DNA from: an uncultured Chthonomonadaceae bacterium
GTDB lineage: Bacteria; Armatimonadota; Chthonomonadetes; Chthonomonadales; Chthonomonadaceae
Direction of reading: 5' to 3'
DNA: 64,000 bases
Assembly (NCBI GenBank): GCA_963835065.1
Contig: CAWIEK010000022.1
Span: 40,912 to 104,911 of the forward strand
Shown here: in pieces, positions 41,356 through 50,818 of the stretch
Numbering within the stretch: the stretch's first letter is position 1
Layout of the letters: the number at the start of each line of letters is the position of its first letter
Notes under the pieces: model-generated
What the model was told of the DNA's origin: nothing
The model's database searches: none
Seen by the model: the letters and a program-made list of their open reading frames with translations, nothing else
Translations under genes and position numbers: made by a program

Positions 41356-41730
41356 TTAGCCGTCGCTCCCCAGTCCTACGATAATCACGCCAAGCACGAT
41401 TACGGACGTGCCGATCCATTTGGCCGCGCTCACATTTTCATGCAGGAGATACTTTGCCAGCAGCGCGCCCAGCACATACGATAGGGCCGTGAGCGGCAGC
41501 ACAAAACTGAAATCGGCCAGTTTCAGAGCGTACAGATAAAAGACAAAGTAGATGATCATCAGCAGCATGCCGCCCATCACATAGCCATTGAGCAGAATGG
41601 AACGCGCCACAACCGCAAACGGGCCTTCCAATGTCTGCTTCATGCCTTTGGACAGCAGCGCCTCGCCCAACGATACGGCTCCAATAGAAACCAGCATTAT
41701 CCAGATAACTTTGATCTTGTTAGGGTTCAT
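41356..41730 (-). CDS. EamA/SMR-like small DMT transporter
   Basis: Four TM helices; ADFSFVLPLTALSYV, LHENVS..KWIG. Confidence 0.85.
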   Translation of the reverse strand: MNPNKIKVIWIMLVSIGAVSLGEALLSKGMKQTLEGPFAVVARSILLNGYVMGGMLLMIIYFVFYLYALKLADFSFVLPLTALSYVLGALLAKYLLHENVSAAKWIGTSVIVLGVIIVGLGSDG

Positions 41731-42012
41731 ATAATCTTCAGGCGTCGTCGCGCGGCGTCCACTCGCTTCCTTTTCCGATAGTGTTGGCGGCGGCTGTCGG
41801 TGTCCGCGCGATTGGACGCGGCATACGCTTTTACAGACTGCGCTATATATCTATTAGGATACCCGATTACCCGCCTATTCCGCAGTGCCAAATTGGGAAT
41901 ACCGCCGCGCCTGATATTCTCTGTTGTTCTTTGATGGTCGAGAAGCAAAGAAACGGCCTGTTTCACTATAAACTTTTCAGGATGAACTTTTCAGGTATCG
42001 GCTGGATTCCGC

Positions 42013-42042
42013 TTGACATTTAAGCGATTGCTAATGTATACT
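42013..42042 (+). promoter_or_regulatory. sigma70-type promoter, probably leaderless, with an imperfect inverted repeat in the spacer
   Basis: TTGACA (42013-18), 18 bp, TATACT (42037-42); ATG 7 nt downstream, no RBS. Confidence 0.65.
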
Positions 42043-42049
42043 GACTGCT

Positions 42050-42409
42050 ATGAGCCGACACGATGCCGCCGAGGATGTTTTCACTGCCATTGCCGACCCC
42101 ACCCGCCGCGCGATTCTGCGCGCGCTGGGGGATGGCGAACAGCCGGTTACGATGCTGGCGGCGCAATTCGAAGGTTCGCTGTCGGCCATTTCGCAGCACC
42201 TGCGCGTTCTGCGCGAAGCCAATTTGGTCACGGCGCGTAAAGCAGGGCGCGAACGAGTATATCGCCTGAACCCCGCCGCCCTGAAACCCGTTGCGGAGTG
42301 GGTCGCGTTTTACGAGCCGTTCTGGAGCGACAAGCTGGCGGCGCTGGAAACGTATCTGGAGCAAACGCCGAAAGCGCAAACACCGGAAGTACAAGCCTCA
42401 GAAGCATAA
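42050..42409 (+). CDS. ArsR/SmtB-family regulator
   Basis: VFTAIADPTRRAIL, AISQHLRVLREANLV, GRERVYRL. Confidence 0.93.
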   Translation: MSRHDAAEDVFTAIADPTRRAILRALGDGEQPVTMLAAQFEGSLSAISQHLRVLREANLVTARKAGRERVYRLNPAALKPVAEWVAFYEPFWSDKLAALETYLEQTPKAQTPEVQASEA

Positions 42410-42459
42410 ACATCAACCGCACAAACAAAACGAGCACCGATAAAAAGAAAGGGAAGCGC

Positions 42460-43062
42460 ATGAAATCGGAATCGGAAAATGCGAGGCGTTTGCAGGACAG
42501 GGTGAACCTGGAGAAAGTATTCGCGCATCCGCCGGAGCGGGTCTGGCAAGCCCTGACCGACCCCAAAGCGCTTGCGCAATGGCTGCTGCCCACCACCTTT
42601 CAGCCCAAGTTGGGGCATCGTTTCCGCTTTACCCGCGTGGCGGAAAACGGGAAACGGCAAAAGGTGCGCTGTCAAATCGTGGAACTCGACGCGCCACGCC
42701 ACCTCGCCTATACCTGGCAGGCCGAGGGAGAAGACGCGCCCGCCCTTGTCACCTGGACGCTGGAAGCCATTGCGGAAGGCACACGCCTGCGCCTGGAACA
42801 CACCGGCCTGGAAACCTCCTGCGCTTATCACGCGAAAAGCGTCTCTTTCCCTGCTGACCGCTTCGTTGCCGCGTTCGCCGCTTTTCTGCAAAACGGCGGC
42901 TTGCAAGCGTCAAGATGCGCGGCACAGCGCTCTCCTCTCACAACGCGCGTCGGGCGTATCGTGTTGCCGGCTACTTCGCGCCCCCTGCGCTGCGTCCGTT
43001 CGCGTATCATGCCGGAAAATAAATTTGCCGGCACTGAGGAGGTATTAAAATGCAGTCGCTGA
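42460..43062 (+). CDS. SRPBCC/AHSA1-like ligand-binding domain protein
   Basis: [32 protein letters not shown]. Confidence 0.88.
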   Translation: MKSESENARRLQDRVNLEKVFAHPPERVWQALTDPKALAQWLLPTTFQPKLGHRFRFTRVAENGKRQKVRCQIVELDAPRHLAYTWQAEGEDAPALVTWTLEAIAEGTRLRLEHTGLETSCAYHAKSVSFPADRFVAAFAAFLQNGGLQASRCAAQRSPLTTRVGRIVLPATSRPLRCVRSRIMPENKFAGTEEVLKCSR

Positions 43063-43751
43063 TTTCTTCTCGCCCTGCGCCTTTGCAAATGGTGCGCGGC
43101 GTGGTTCCGATGGTTATCGAGCAATCGCCACGCGGCGAACGCGCGTATGACATTTACTCGCGCCTGCTCAAAGACCGGGTTGTGTTCATCGGCGACCAGA
43201 TTGATGACCAGATCGCCAACCTCGTGATTGCCGAACTGCTGTTTCTGGAAAAGGAAGACCCGGACGCCGACATTGACATCTACATCAACAGTCCCGGCGG
43301 CAGCATTTCGGCGGGGCTGGCAATGTACGACGTGATGACGCACATCAGTTGCGACGTTGCTACCGTGTGCGTGGGCATGGCGGCCTCGATGGGTTCCGTG
43401 CTGCTGGCGGGCGGCACACCCGGCAAGCGTTACGCCCTGCCCAACGCCCGCATTATGATACATCAGGCCAGTGGCGGCTTTCAGGGCAACATGGCCGACG
43501 CCCAAATCTATCTGGAAGACATGAATCGGCAGTACGAAACGATTCTAAACATCTATTCCGATTCCACCGGCAAAGATAAGGAGCGCCTGCGCCGCGACAT
43601 GGACCGGGATTACCACCTGTCCGCCCACGAAGCGCAGGAATACGGCCTCATTGACAGCGTATTGAACAAAGGCCGCAGAAGCCATGCGTTGCCTGCCGCC
43701 ATCCAAGCAGAAGAAATCGCATCGAAAGAACGCGCCCTCCTCCGTTCCTGA
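43050..43751 (+). CDS. clpP: ATP-dependent Clp protease proteolytic subunit
   Basis: [23 protein letters not shown] (Ser), IMIHQ (His), DRD (Asp). Confidence 0.96.
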   Translation: MQSLISSRPAPLQMVRGVVPMVIEQSPRGERAYDIYSRLLKDRVVFIGDQIDDQIANLVIAELLFLEKEDPDADIDIYINSPGGSISAGLAMYDVMTHISCDVATVCVGMAASMGSVLLAGGTPGKRYALPNARIMIHQASGGFQGNMADAQIYLEDMNRQYETILNIYSDSTGKDKERLRRDMDRDYHLSAHEAQEYGLIDSVLNKGRRSHALPAAIQAEEIASKERALLRS

Positions 43752-43770
43752 GCGGCTCATTTGTACTAAT

Positions 43771-43810
43771 CGCAACAGCCTGAAGCCGACGTCGGCTTCA
43801 GGCTGTTGCG
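43771..43810. terminator. Perfect 40-bp palindrome after clpP (terminator or REP-like)
   Basis: CGCAACAGCCTGAAGCCGAC | GTCGGCTTCAGGCTGTTGCG, followed by GTTT. Confidence 0.6.
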
Positions 43811-43888
43811 GTTTATGCGCCGAACAAAGAGGAAATGCGAACAGACATGCACAATTACAGGCTTGTCAAATCAACTTGGGAGAATGAA

Positions 43889-45767
43889 ATGCCTTTTTCT
43901 AATCGCCTGCCGCTTGTTTCCGCCGACCCGAACGCCGAGCGCGTTCAAGCCCTGTGCCAATGGTTTCCTGATGCCGTCACGGAAGGCAAAATTGACTTTG
44001 ACCGCTTGAAGCAGGCCATAGGCGAGTTTGCCGCTATCGGGCCGGAGCGTTACGAACTGACATGGGCGGGCAAAAGCGAAGCGAAACGCATTTTGCAGCA
44101 GCCAAGCATTGGAACGCTTGCGCCCTGCCGCGCCGAGTCCATCAATTTCGATGCAACAGAAAACATGATTACTCGAAGGCGACAATCTGGAAGTGCTGAA
44201 ACTGCTGCAGCGCGACTATGCGGGCCGCATCAAGATGATCTACATTGATCCGCCTTATAATACCGGAAATGAGTTTATCTATCCCGACAACTTCCGCGAA
44301 GGCTTGCAGGATTATCTGCGCTATTCGGGGCAGGTAAAAGACGAGCAATTGCAGTCCACGAACACAGAAAAAGACGGACGCCTGCACTCCAAATGGCTGT
44401 CCATGATGTACCCCCGTTTATTTCTGGCAAAAAACTTGCTGCGCGACGACGGCGTAATCTTCGTCAGCATTGACGACCACGAAGTACATAACCTGCGTCT
44501 GCTCATGGATGAAATGTTCGGGGAAGAAAACTTTGTCTCTGAAGTAGTCTGGCAGCGTCATGCAGGCGGAAGCAACAATTCCAAATACTTTGCAGTTGAA
44601 CACGAGTACATTTTAGTGTATGCCCGCCAGAAGGAGGAACTCACAAACAAGTTGCGTGTTCCTCTATCTCTAGCAGATAAGCAGGAGTACACCGGCAAAG
44701 ATAAGTATTACCAAACGCTTGGCCCATTCAAAACAAAGGGACTCAAGGCAGCAAGGCCTGAAAGCCCACGTCCCAACTTACGCTACGCTATTGTCACCCC
44801 TGATGGCGAAGAACTTTATGATGAGTGGCGATGGGAGCAATCTCGTTTCTTAGAAGCGTATCAAAATGAACAAGCACTGATACGAAAAGATCGTAATGGT
44901 AATTGGCAGGTAGAATATAAAATATACCTCAACCAAGAAGATGAAGAACGAACTAAAGTTCCTCGTTCACTGCTTACTGACGCTGAAAGAAACAGTGAAG
45001 GCAAAGGACAATTACGCGCGGTGTTAGAAGAAGACAGTATTTTCAGCAATCCCAAACCTACTGGACTGCTAAAACACTTCATGCGGATTTCGACCAGCAG
45101 CAACGACCTCATTCTTGACTTTTTTGCGGGCAGTGGTACGACCGGGCAGGCAGTATGTGAATTGAATGAGGAAGACGGCGGCAACCGCAAGTTCATTCTG
45201 GCGCAGTTGCCGGAGCAGACCGGCAATCCGCAGTATCCGACCATTGCCCACATTACCCGCGAACGGATGCGAAAATACTTCTCTAAGAGAAGTCAGAAAG
45301 CGAGCGAACAACTGCCGCTTTCTGACGATCACGCCCAACCCGACCTCGGCTTCAAAGCCTTTACCCTCACTGCAAGCAACTTCAAGATATGGGATGGCGA
45401 ACAGGCCGCTCAAAACCCCGACGCCCTTCCCGCCCAACTGCAAGCCTTTGCCGACAACCGCAAACCCGACGCCGACCCCGAAGCCGTTCTCTTTGAAATC
45501 CTGCTCAAATGCGGGCTGCCTGGCGTAGACCTGAACTCCCGCCGCGAAACCCTTACCGTTGCCAATCAGACTGTGTATCGGATTGCCGACGGCGCGTTGC
45601 TCGCGTGTCTGGAACCCGACATTACGCGCGAAACGGTTGCGGGCATTGTGACGCTCAAGCCGCGCTCTGTCGTGTGTTTGGACAGCGCGTTCGGCGGCGA
45701 TGACGCCCTGCTTACCAACGCCGAACTGCAAATGCGCGACAACGACATTAAGTTTCAAACGATATAA
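43889..45767 (+). CDS. mod: Type III R-M DNA methyltransferase (frameshift near 44170)
   Basis: ERYELTWAGK, EGDNLEVLK, IYIDPPYNTG, HSKWLSMMYPRL, DFFAGSGTT. Confidence 0.93.
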
Positions 45768-45802
45768 GCGACTGCGCGAAAAGGGAAAAGGGGCCGAACA
45801 AC

Positions 45803-48472
45803 ATGAAAATTCAGTTCGACAGCGCACAGGCGTATCAGCTTGACGCTATTCAGGCCGTCGTGGATGTGTTCGACGGGCAGCCGCTTGCGCAGGGGCAATT
45901 TGAGATTAATATGCAGGCCGGCAGCCAACTGCTTTCCGAATTGGGCCGGGGCAACGCCTGCGCGCTTGACAACAACGCCCTGCTTGCCAACGCCGCCGAG
46001 ATACAGGCGCGTAATGATATTCTCGCTACGCCCGCCCTGCTGAAACGGGGGTTCGGGGCAGTGGACAAAGGCAGCCCGTTTCTCAACTTTGCCCTCGAAA
46101 TGGAAACCGGGACCGGAAAAACGTATGTGTACCTGCGAACCATTTACGAACTCCACGCCCGCTACGGCTTTGCCAAGTTCGTGATTGTCGTGCCAAGCGT
46201 CGCCATACGGGAAGGCGTAAAAACCAGCCTTGCCCTGATGCGCGAACATTTCGGAGCCTTGTACGGCAATCAGGGCGCGGATTACGCCGTGTACGACAGC
46301 AAGCGCGTCACCATGCTGCGCCAATTCGCGCAAAGCAACGCCCTGCAAATCATGGTCATCAATATTGACGCCTTCAACAAGGCCGCCAACATCATGAACC
46401 GCAGCGACAACGACAATCTGAACGGACGCAAGCCCATTGAGTTCATTCAGGCAACGCAGCCTATCGTGATTTTAGACGAGCCGCAAAACATGGAGTCCGA
46501 GGCCAACAAAGCATCTATCGCAAGCCTGAATCCACTTTGTACGCTGCGTTACTCCGCCACCCATAAAACGCTGTACCAACTGCTGTACCGTCTCGATCCC
46601 GTCCGGGCTTACGATCTCGGCCTTGTCAAGCGTATTGAAGTGGACAGCGTTTTGGAGGAAGGCGACTTCAACCAGCCCTTTGTGCGCGTGGAAAGCATCA
46701 CGGCCACCAAAACCAAAATTACGGCCAAACTCACCCTGCATATCCGCATGGCAACCGGAATTGCGCCCAGAACGGTAACGGTCAGCAGCATGGGCGAAAG
46801 TCTACAGGAACTTGCGAATGGACACGAGGTATACGCGGACTATGTTGTAGAAGAAATCAGTTTCGCCAAACAGTTCATCTGCTTTGCCAATGGCGTTCAA
46901 CTGGATGTCGGGCAGAGTCAGGGCGAACACCGCGAAGAGGTGATGCGGGCGCAGGTGCGGCAAACAATTTTCAAGCATCTGGAAAAAGAGCGGGAAGTCA
47001 GTAGCCTGCCGGACGGACAGCGCGTAAAAGTGCTGTCGCTGTTCTTCCTTGATAAAGTCGCCAACTACTACGCGCTAGACGGCAAAATTCGCCGGTGGTT
47101 TGTGGAATTGTATAAGGAACTGGCGCACAACCCGCGTTACGCGCTGCTGCAATTGCCGCCTGTCGAGGACGTTCACAACGGCTATTTTGCCACCACAAAA
47201 GGCGTTGCCAGAGACACGGCGGAAGGACGCAACACGCAGGCCGATGACGAAGCGTACAAGCTGATTATGCAGGACAAAGAGCGGCTGATGGACCGCGCCA
47301 CGCCACTGCGCTTTATCTTCAGCCATTCCGCCCTGCGTGAGGGGTGGGACAATCCCAACGTGTTCCAAATCTGCACACTCAACGAAACGCGCTCCGAAAC
47401 CCGCAAGCGGCAGGAAATCGGCAGAGGATTGCGCCTGCCGGTTGACGAAACCGGGCAGCGCGTCCGCAACCCTGATATAGCGCGTTTGACGGTTGTTGCC
47501 AACGAAAGCTATCATGACTTCGCGCAGGGTTTGCAGAATGAAATTGAGGAAGACACGGGCGAAAAGTTCGGCAAGCGCATCACCAACGCCCGTGACCGTC
47601 GCAAAGCCAACCTGATTGACGACTGGCAGGGCCATGAAGACTTCAAAACGCTTTGGAACCTGATACGGGCGCGCACCCGCTACCGCGTCGAATACGATAC
47701 GGTCAAACTGATTGATCAGGCAGCGGACGCCCTGCGCAATCAGCCCGCTATTCACGCCCCCACCATCAAAACGCGCAGCGACCAGTTGATTTTAACGCGC
47801 AGCGGCATCCAGACGCAATTGAACGCTTCCAGAGAAACCCGCGCCCATTACATTCTCCATGTGCTGCCGGATATGCTTGGCTACTTGCAGCGCGAAACTC
47901 GCCTGACGCGCGGTACGCTGGCGCAGATTTTAATTCAGTCCGGCAGGCTGCCCGATGCGATTGTGAACGCGCAGCAGTTTCTGGATTGCGCCACGCGCGC
48001 CATCAAATACGTCAAGCACAATCTCATGGTAGACGGCATCAAGTACGAGCGCATTGAAGGCGAAAACGGCGCATGGGACATGATGCTGTTTGAAGCAAAG
48101 GAAATCAACGGCTACGCGGACCGCATGGTGGAAACCATGAAAAGCCTGTATGACGCCATTGAGTGCGACTCGCAAACCGAAATCAAATTCGCGTCCGGGC
48201 TGGAACATCGCAATGAGATCAAGTTCTTTTTCAAGCTGCCGCGCTGGTTCAAAATCGAAACGCCATTGGGAACGTACAACCCTGATTGGGCGGTTGTCAA
48301 GCAGAACCTGCCGGATGAAACCCGCTTGTACCTTGTGCGCGAAACCAAATCCACCACCAACGTTTTTGATATACGCCCGACGGAAGAAGGCAAAATCACC
48401 TGCGGACGCGCCCACTTCGCTGCGCTGTTGGGCGTTGACTTCGCCAAAGTCACCGATCCCGCCGACGTATAA
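45803..48472 (+). CDS. res: Type III R-M restriction subunit
   Basis: EMETGTGKT, ILDEPQ, LRYSATH, SALREGWDNPNVFQIC, QEIGRGLRL, YNPDW..ETK nuclease motif. Confidence 0.95.
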   Translation: MKIQFDSAQAYQLDAIQAVVDVFDGQPLAQGQFEINMQAGSQLLSELGRGNACALDNNALLANAAEIQARNDILATPALLKRGFGAVDKGSPFLNFALEMETGTGKTYVYLRTIYELHARYGFAKFVIVVPSVAIREGVKTSLALMREHFGALYGNQGADYAVYDSKRVTMLRQFAQSNALQIMVINIDAFNKAANIMNRSDNDNLNGRKPIEFIQATQPIVILDEPQNMESEANKASIASLNPLCTLRYSATHKTLYQLLYRLDPVRAYDLGLVKRIEVDSVLEEGDFNQPFVRVESITATKTKITAKLTLHIRMATGIAPRTVTVSSMGESLQELANGHEVYADYVVEEISFAKQFICFANGVQLDVGQSQGEHREEVMRAQVRQTIFKHLEKEREVSSLPDGQRVKVLSLFFLDKVANYYALDGKIRRWFVELYKELAHNPRYALLQLPPVEDVHNGYFATTKGVARDTAEGRNTQADDEAYKLIMQDKERLMDRATPLRFIFSHSALREGWDNPNVFQICTLNETRSETRKRQEIGRGLRLPVDETGQRVRNPDIARLTVVANESYHDFAQGLQNEIEEDTGEKFGKRITNARDRRKANLIDDWQGHEDFKTLWNLIRARTRYRVEYDTVKLIDQAADALRNQPAIHAPTIKTRSDQLILTRSGIQTQLNASRETRAHYILHVLPDMLGYLQRETRLTRGTLAQILIQSGRLPDAIVNAQQFLDCATRAIKYVKHNLMVDGIKYERIEGENGAWDMMLFEAKEINGYADRMVETMKSLYDAIECDSQTEIKFASGLEHRNEIKFFFKLPRWFKIETPLGTYNPDWAVVKQNLPDETRLYLVRETKSTTNVFDIRPTEEGKITCGRAHFAALLGVDFAKVTDPADV

Positions 48473-48645
48473 TGCCTGCAAGTTATAAGCCAGTCGCCTG
48501 TTGACTTCCTATGCTGTCGCACATTCGCGTCAGTTGTTGTGCAGCAGATGGTGTCCGCAGGACACTCGGCGGATGCGCAGGCCGTGCTTACAGCCATTGA
48601 GCAGACTGCATTACGGGTATACTCTGCATGGAGGAGCTGATTGCC

Positions 48646-49434
48646 ATGAAAGCGCGACGTTCGTTACTGCTGTTGCTGACACTGGTTCTTGCGGTGGTTG
48701 GCGCAAGGGGGCTGTGGGTGTGGAAGGCGAAGCGGCAGTACGCCCTCAACCGCCAACTGATTGCCGCCCTAAAAAACAACGACGCGAAGCAGGCGCTTGC
48801 CCTTGTTAATAGGGGAGCCGATCCGAATACGCGCTACAACCCGCCGCCTGCGCCTACACTCACGCAATTGTTCAATCACCTGCTGCACCGTTCACTCGTT
48901 CCTGCCAATGATAGCCCTACGGCGTTCTTGATGGCTTGTGGAGCCAATTGGAACGTATCGAGCAAAGATATTAAATACGGTGACGACTCTCCGAGAAATG
49001 TATCCTTAATTCGCGCTATGTTGACACATGGCGGGGATAGTAACACAACAGACTTTCAGCACTGGTCTGCTCTTAGTATTGTTGTTTGGAGCAACAACCG
49101 TTATATAGCGCAACTGCTTCTGGAACACGGAGCGAACGTCAATGCGCAAAATCTTGATGGTATGACGCCATTAATGTTTGCTGTTTCATCCCTTGATGTG
49201 GGCATGATACGCCTGCTACTGGATCATGGCGCAAACATTTCTATTGGAGATAGATGGGGAGCCACAGCATTACATTACGCTGTGGCTGAAGACAACGCTA
49301 TGAATATCGCGCGCCTGCTCCTGGCGTATAAAGCCAATCCGAACCAGCCTGATAAACACGGCCTTACTCCGCTCAATTATGCTCAACAGCATCATCGCCT
49401 CGATATTGTGGCGTTGCTGCGAGGGAAGCGGTAG
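48646..49434 (+). CDS. Membrane-anchored ankyrin-repeat protein
   Basis: N-terminal TM, ankyrin motifs; paralogue of 49581-50369 and 11894-12694. Confidence 0.9.
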   Translation: MKARRSLLLLLTLVLAVVGARGLWVWKAKRQYALNRQLIAALKNNDAKQALALVNRGADPNTRYNPPPAPTLTQLFNHLLHRSLVPANDSPTAFLMACGANWNVSSKDIKYGDDSPRNVSLIRAMLTHGGDSNTTDFQHWSALSIVVWSNNRYIAQLLLEHGANVNAQNLDGMTPLMFAVSSLDVGMIRLLLDHGANISIGDRWGATALHYAVAEDNAMNIARLLLAYKANPNQPDKHGLTPLNYAQQHHRLDIVALLRGKR

Positions 49435-49580
49435 GTTCAACCCTCATCCGTCGGAGGCCACCTTCTCCCTTGCAGGGCTTATTGCGCGACAGTTTTTGCA
49501 GTGGCGCGAGTGGGCATAGAGAGGTTGGTTCAGGCCGTATTCACAAGGAGACATCCCCAACCTTGTGAGGAGCCATGAAC

Positions 49581-50369
49581 CTACCGTCTCCCTCGCAGCA
49601 ATTCCACAATGTCGGGACGGTCTCGCTGTTGGGCTAAATGGAGCGGTGTCGCGCCATACTTGTTGGGAGGGTTGGGATCGGCTCCATGCGCCAGAAGAAG
49701 CCGGATAACGTCCCTATTGGCGTCATTGGCAGGGGCAAAGACCGCGTAATACAAGGCGGTTTGTTCCTGCTTATCTTCAAGGGCAATGTTCGCGCCATGC
49801 TCCAGCAGCAGCCGCGCCATGACGGTATCGCTGGAATAGGCCACGCGCATCAGGGGCGTGGCTCCCAGACTATCCTTTTGGTTGACGTTCGCGCCGTGTT
49901 CCAGAAGCAGTTGAGCGATATGTGGGCGATATTCCGTGGCGGCGTAATAGAAAGCGGATTCGTGCAGGGAATCGCCCGCGTCCACATTTGCGCCATGCGC
50001 CAGCATCGCGTTAATCAGGGGCAAATCTTCCCCATGATAATGGTCAAAGCGCCCGGATGTCTGTAAATAGGCTCCCGCGCCGCAGGCATACATTAGCGCT
50101 GTCGGGCTATGATTGATAAAAACAGGGGAGTGGCGTAACAAGCGGCGGTAGAGGGTTTTCAGGGGCGGCGTGGGCGTCGGGTAAAAGCGGGCGTTCGGGT
50201 CGGCTCCGGCATTGAGGAGGGTAATCGCCTTTTGGCTGTCGTTGTTGGCAAGGGCGGCAATCAGTTGGCGGTCAAGCGCTTCCTGCTGATGCGCTTTCCA
50301 CACTCCTGTTACGCCCACGCCCACAAGGACGAGAATTAAGAAGAATAGCGGGGAACGTCGCGCTTTCAT
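49581..50369 (-). CDS. Membrane-anchored ankyrin-repeat protein
   Basis: Starts MKARRS like its convergent neighbour; ankyrin motifs. Confidence 0.9.
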   Translation of the reverse strand: MKARRSPLFFLILVLVGVGVTGVWKAHQQEALDRQLIAALANNDSQKAITLLNAGADPNARFYPTPTPPLKTLYRRLLRHSPVFINHSPTALMYACGAGAYLQTSGRFDHYHGEDLPLINAMLAHGANVDAGDSLHESAFYYAATEYRPHIAQLLLEHGANVNQKDSLGATPLMRVAYSSDTVMARLLLEHGANIALEDKQEQTALYYAVFAPANDANRDVIRLLLAHGADPNPPNKYGATPLHLAQQRDRPDIVELLRGRR

Positions 50370-50435
50370 AAGATACTATGCCTCCTGCCAGTATTGTACC
50401 CGGCTTTGCTCCGGTTTGCCCCGCTTGCCGTAAGC

Positions 50436-50575
50436 CTTCGACCCTCATCCGGCCTTCGGCCACCTTCTCCCTTTCAGGGCGAAGGCCAGTGTGGTAGTCG
50501 GGTGCGTTGATTATGGAGATAGTTCCGGCGTATGCCCTGCTGACGTATTTCCCCATCCCCGTTCAGCCGCCCATT
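50436..50575 (+). repeat. ~140-bp direct repeat, left copy, containing a CCCTCATCCGGCCTTCGGCCACCTTCTCCC REP-like hairpin
   Basis: Colinear with 54099-54237; last 31 bp identical. Confidence 0.9.
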
Positions 50576-50818
50576 GCATAGTTTAGCCTTCTCCCTTTAA
50601 ACTCTCCCCTTCCCTATTTCACCACCCATTGATCAGTTTAGCCTTCTCCCTTGCAGGGAGAAGGTGGCCGCCGGCGGATGAGGGTAGAAGCCCCCGTTGG
50701 CACAGCAGGAAGCGGAACAAAGCGCGTTGAATTACAGGGTGACAGGGGAGGAAACAGAAGAGCAGGGTGAAGGGGAGGGAAACAGAAGAGCAGGCAACGG
50801 CAGGCAGGAGACAGCAGC

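Noticed and set aside
44160..44200. Frameshift in mod as phase variation
   Set aside because: No simple-sequence repeat at the break, and similar single-base shifts affect many unrelated genes in the window.
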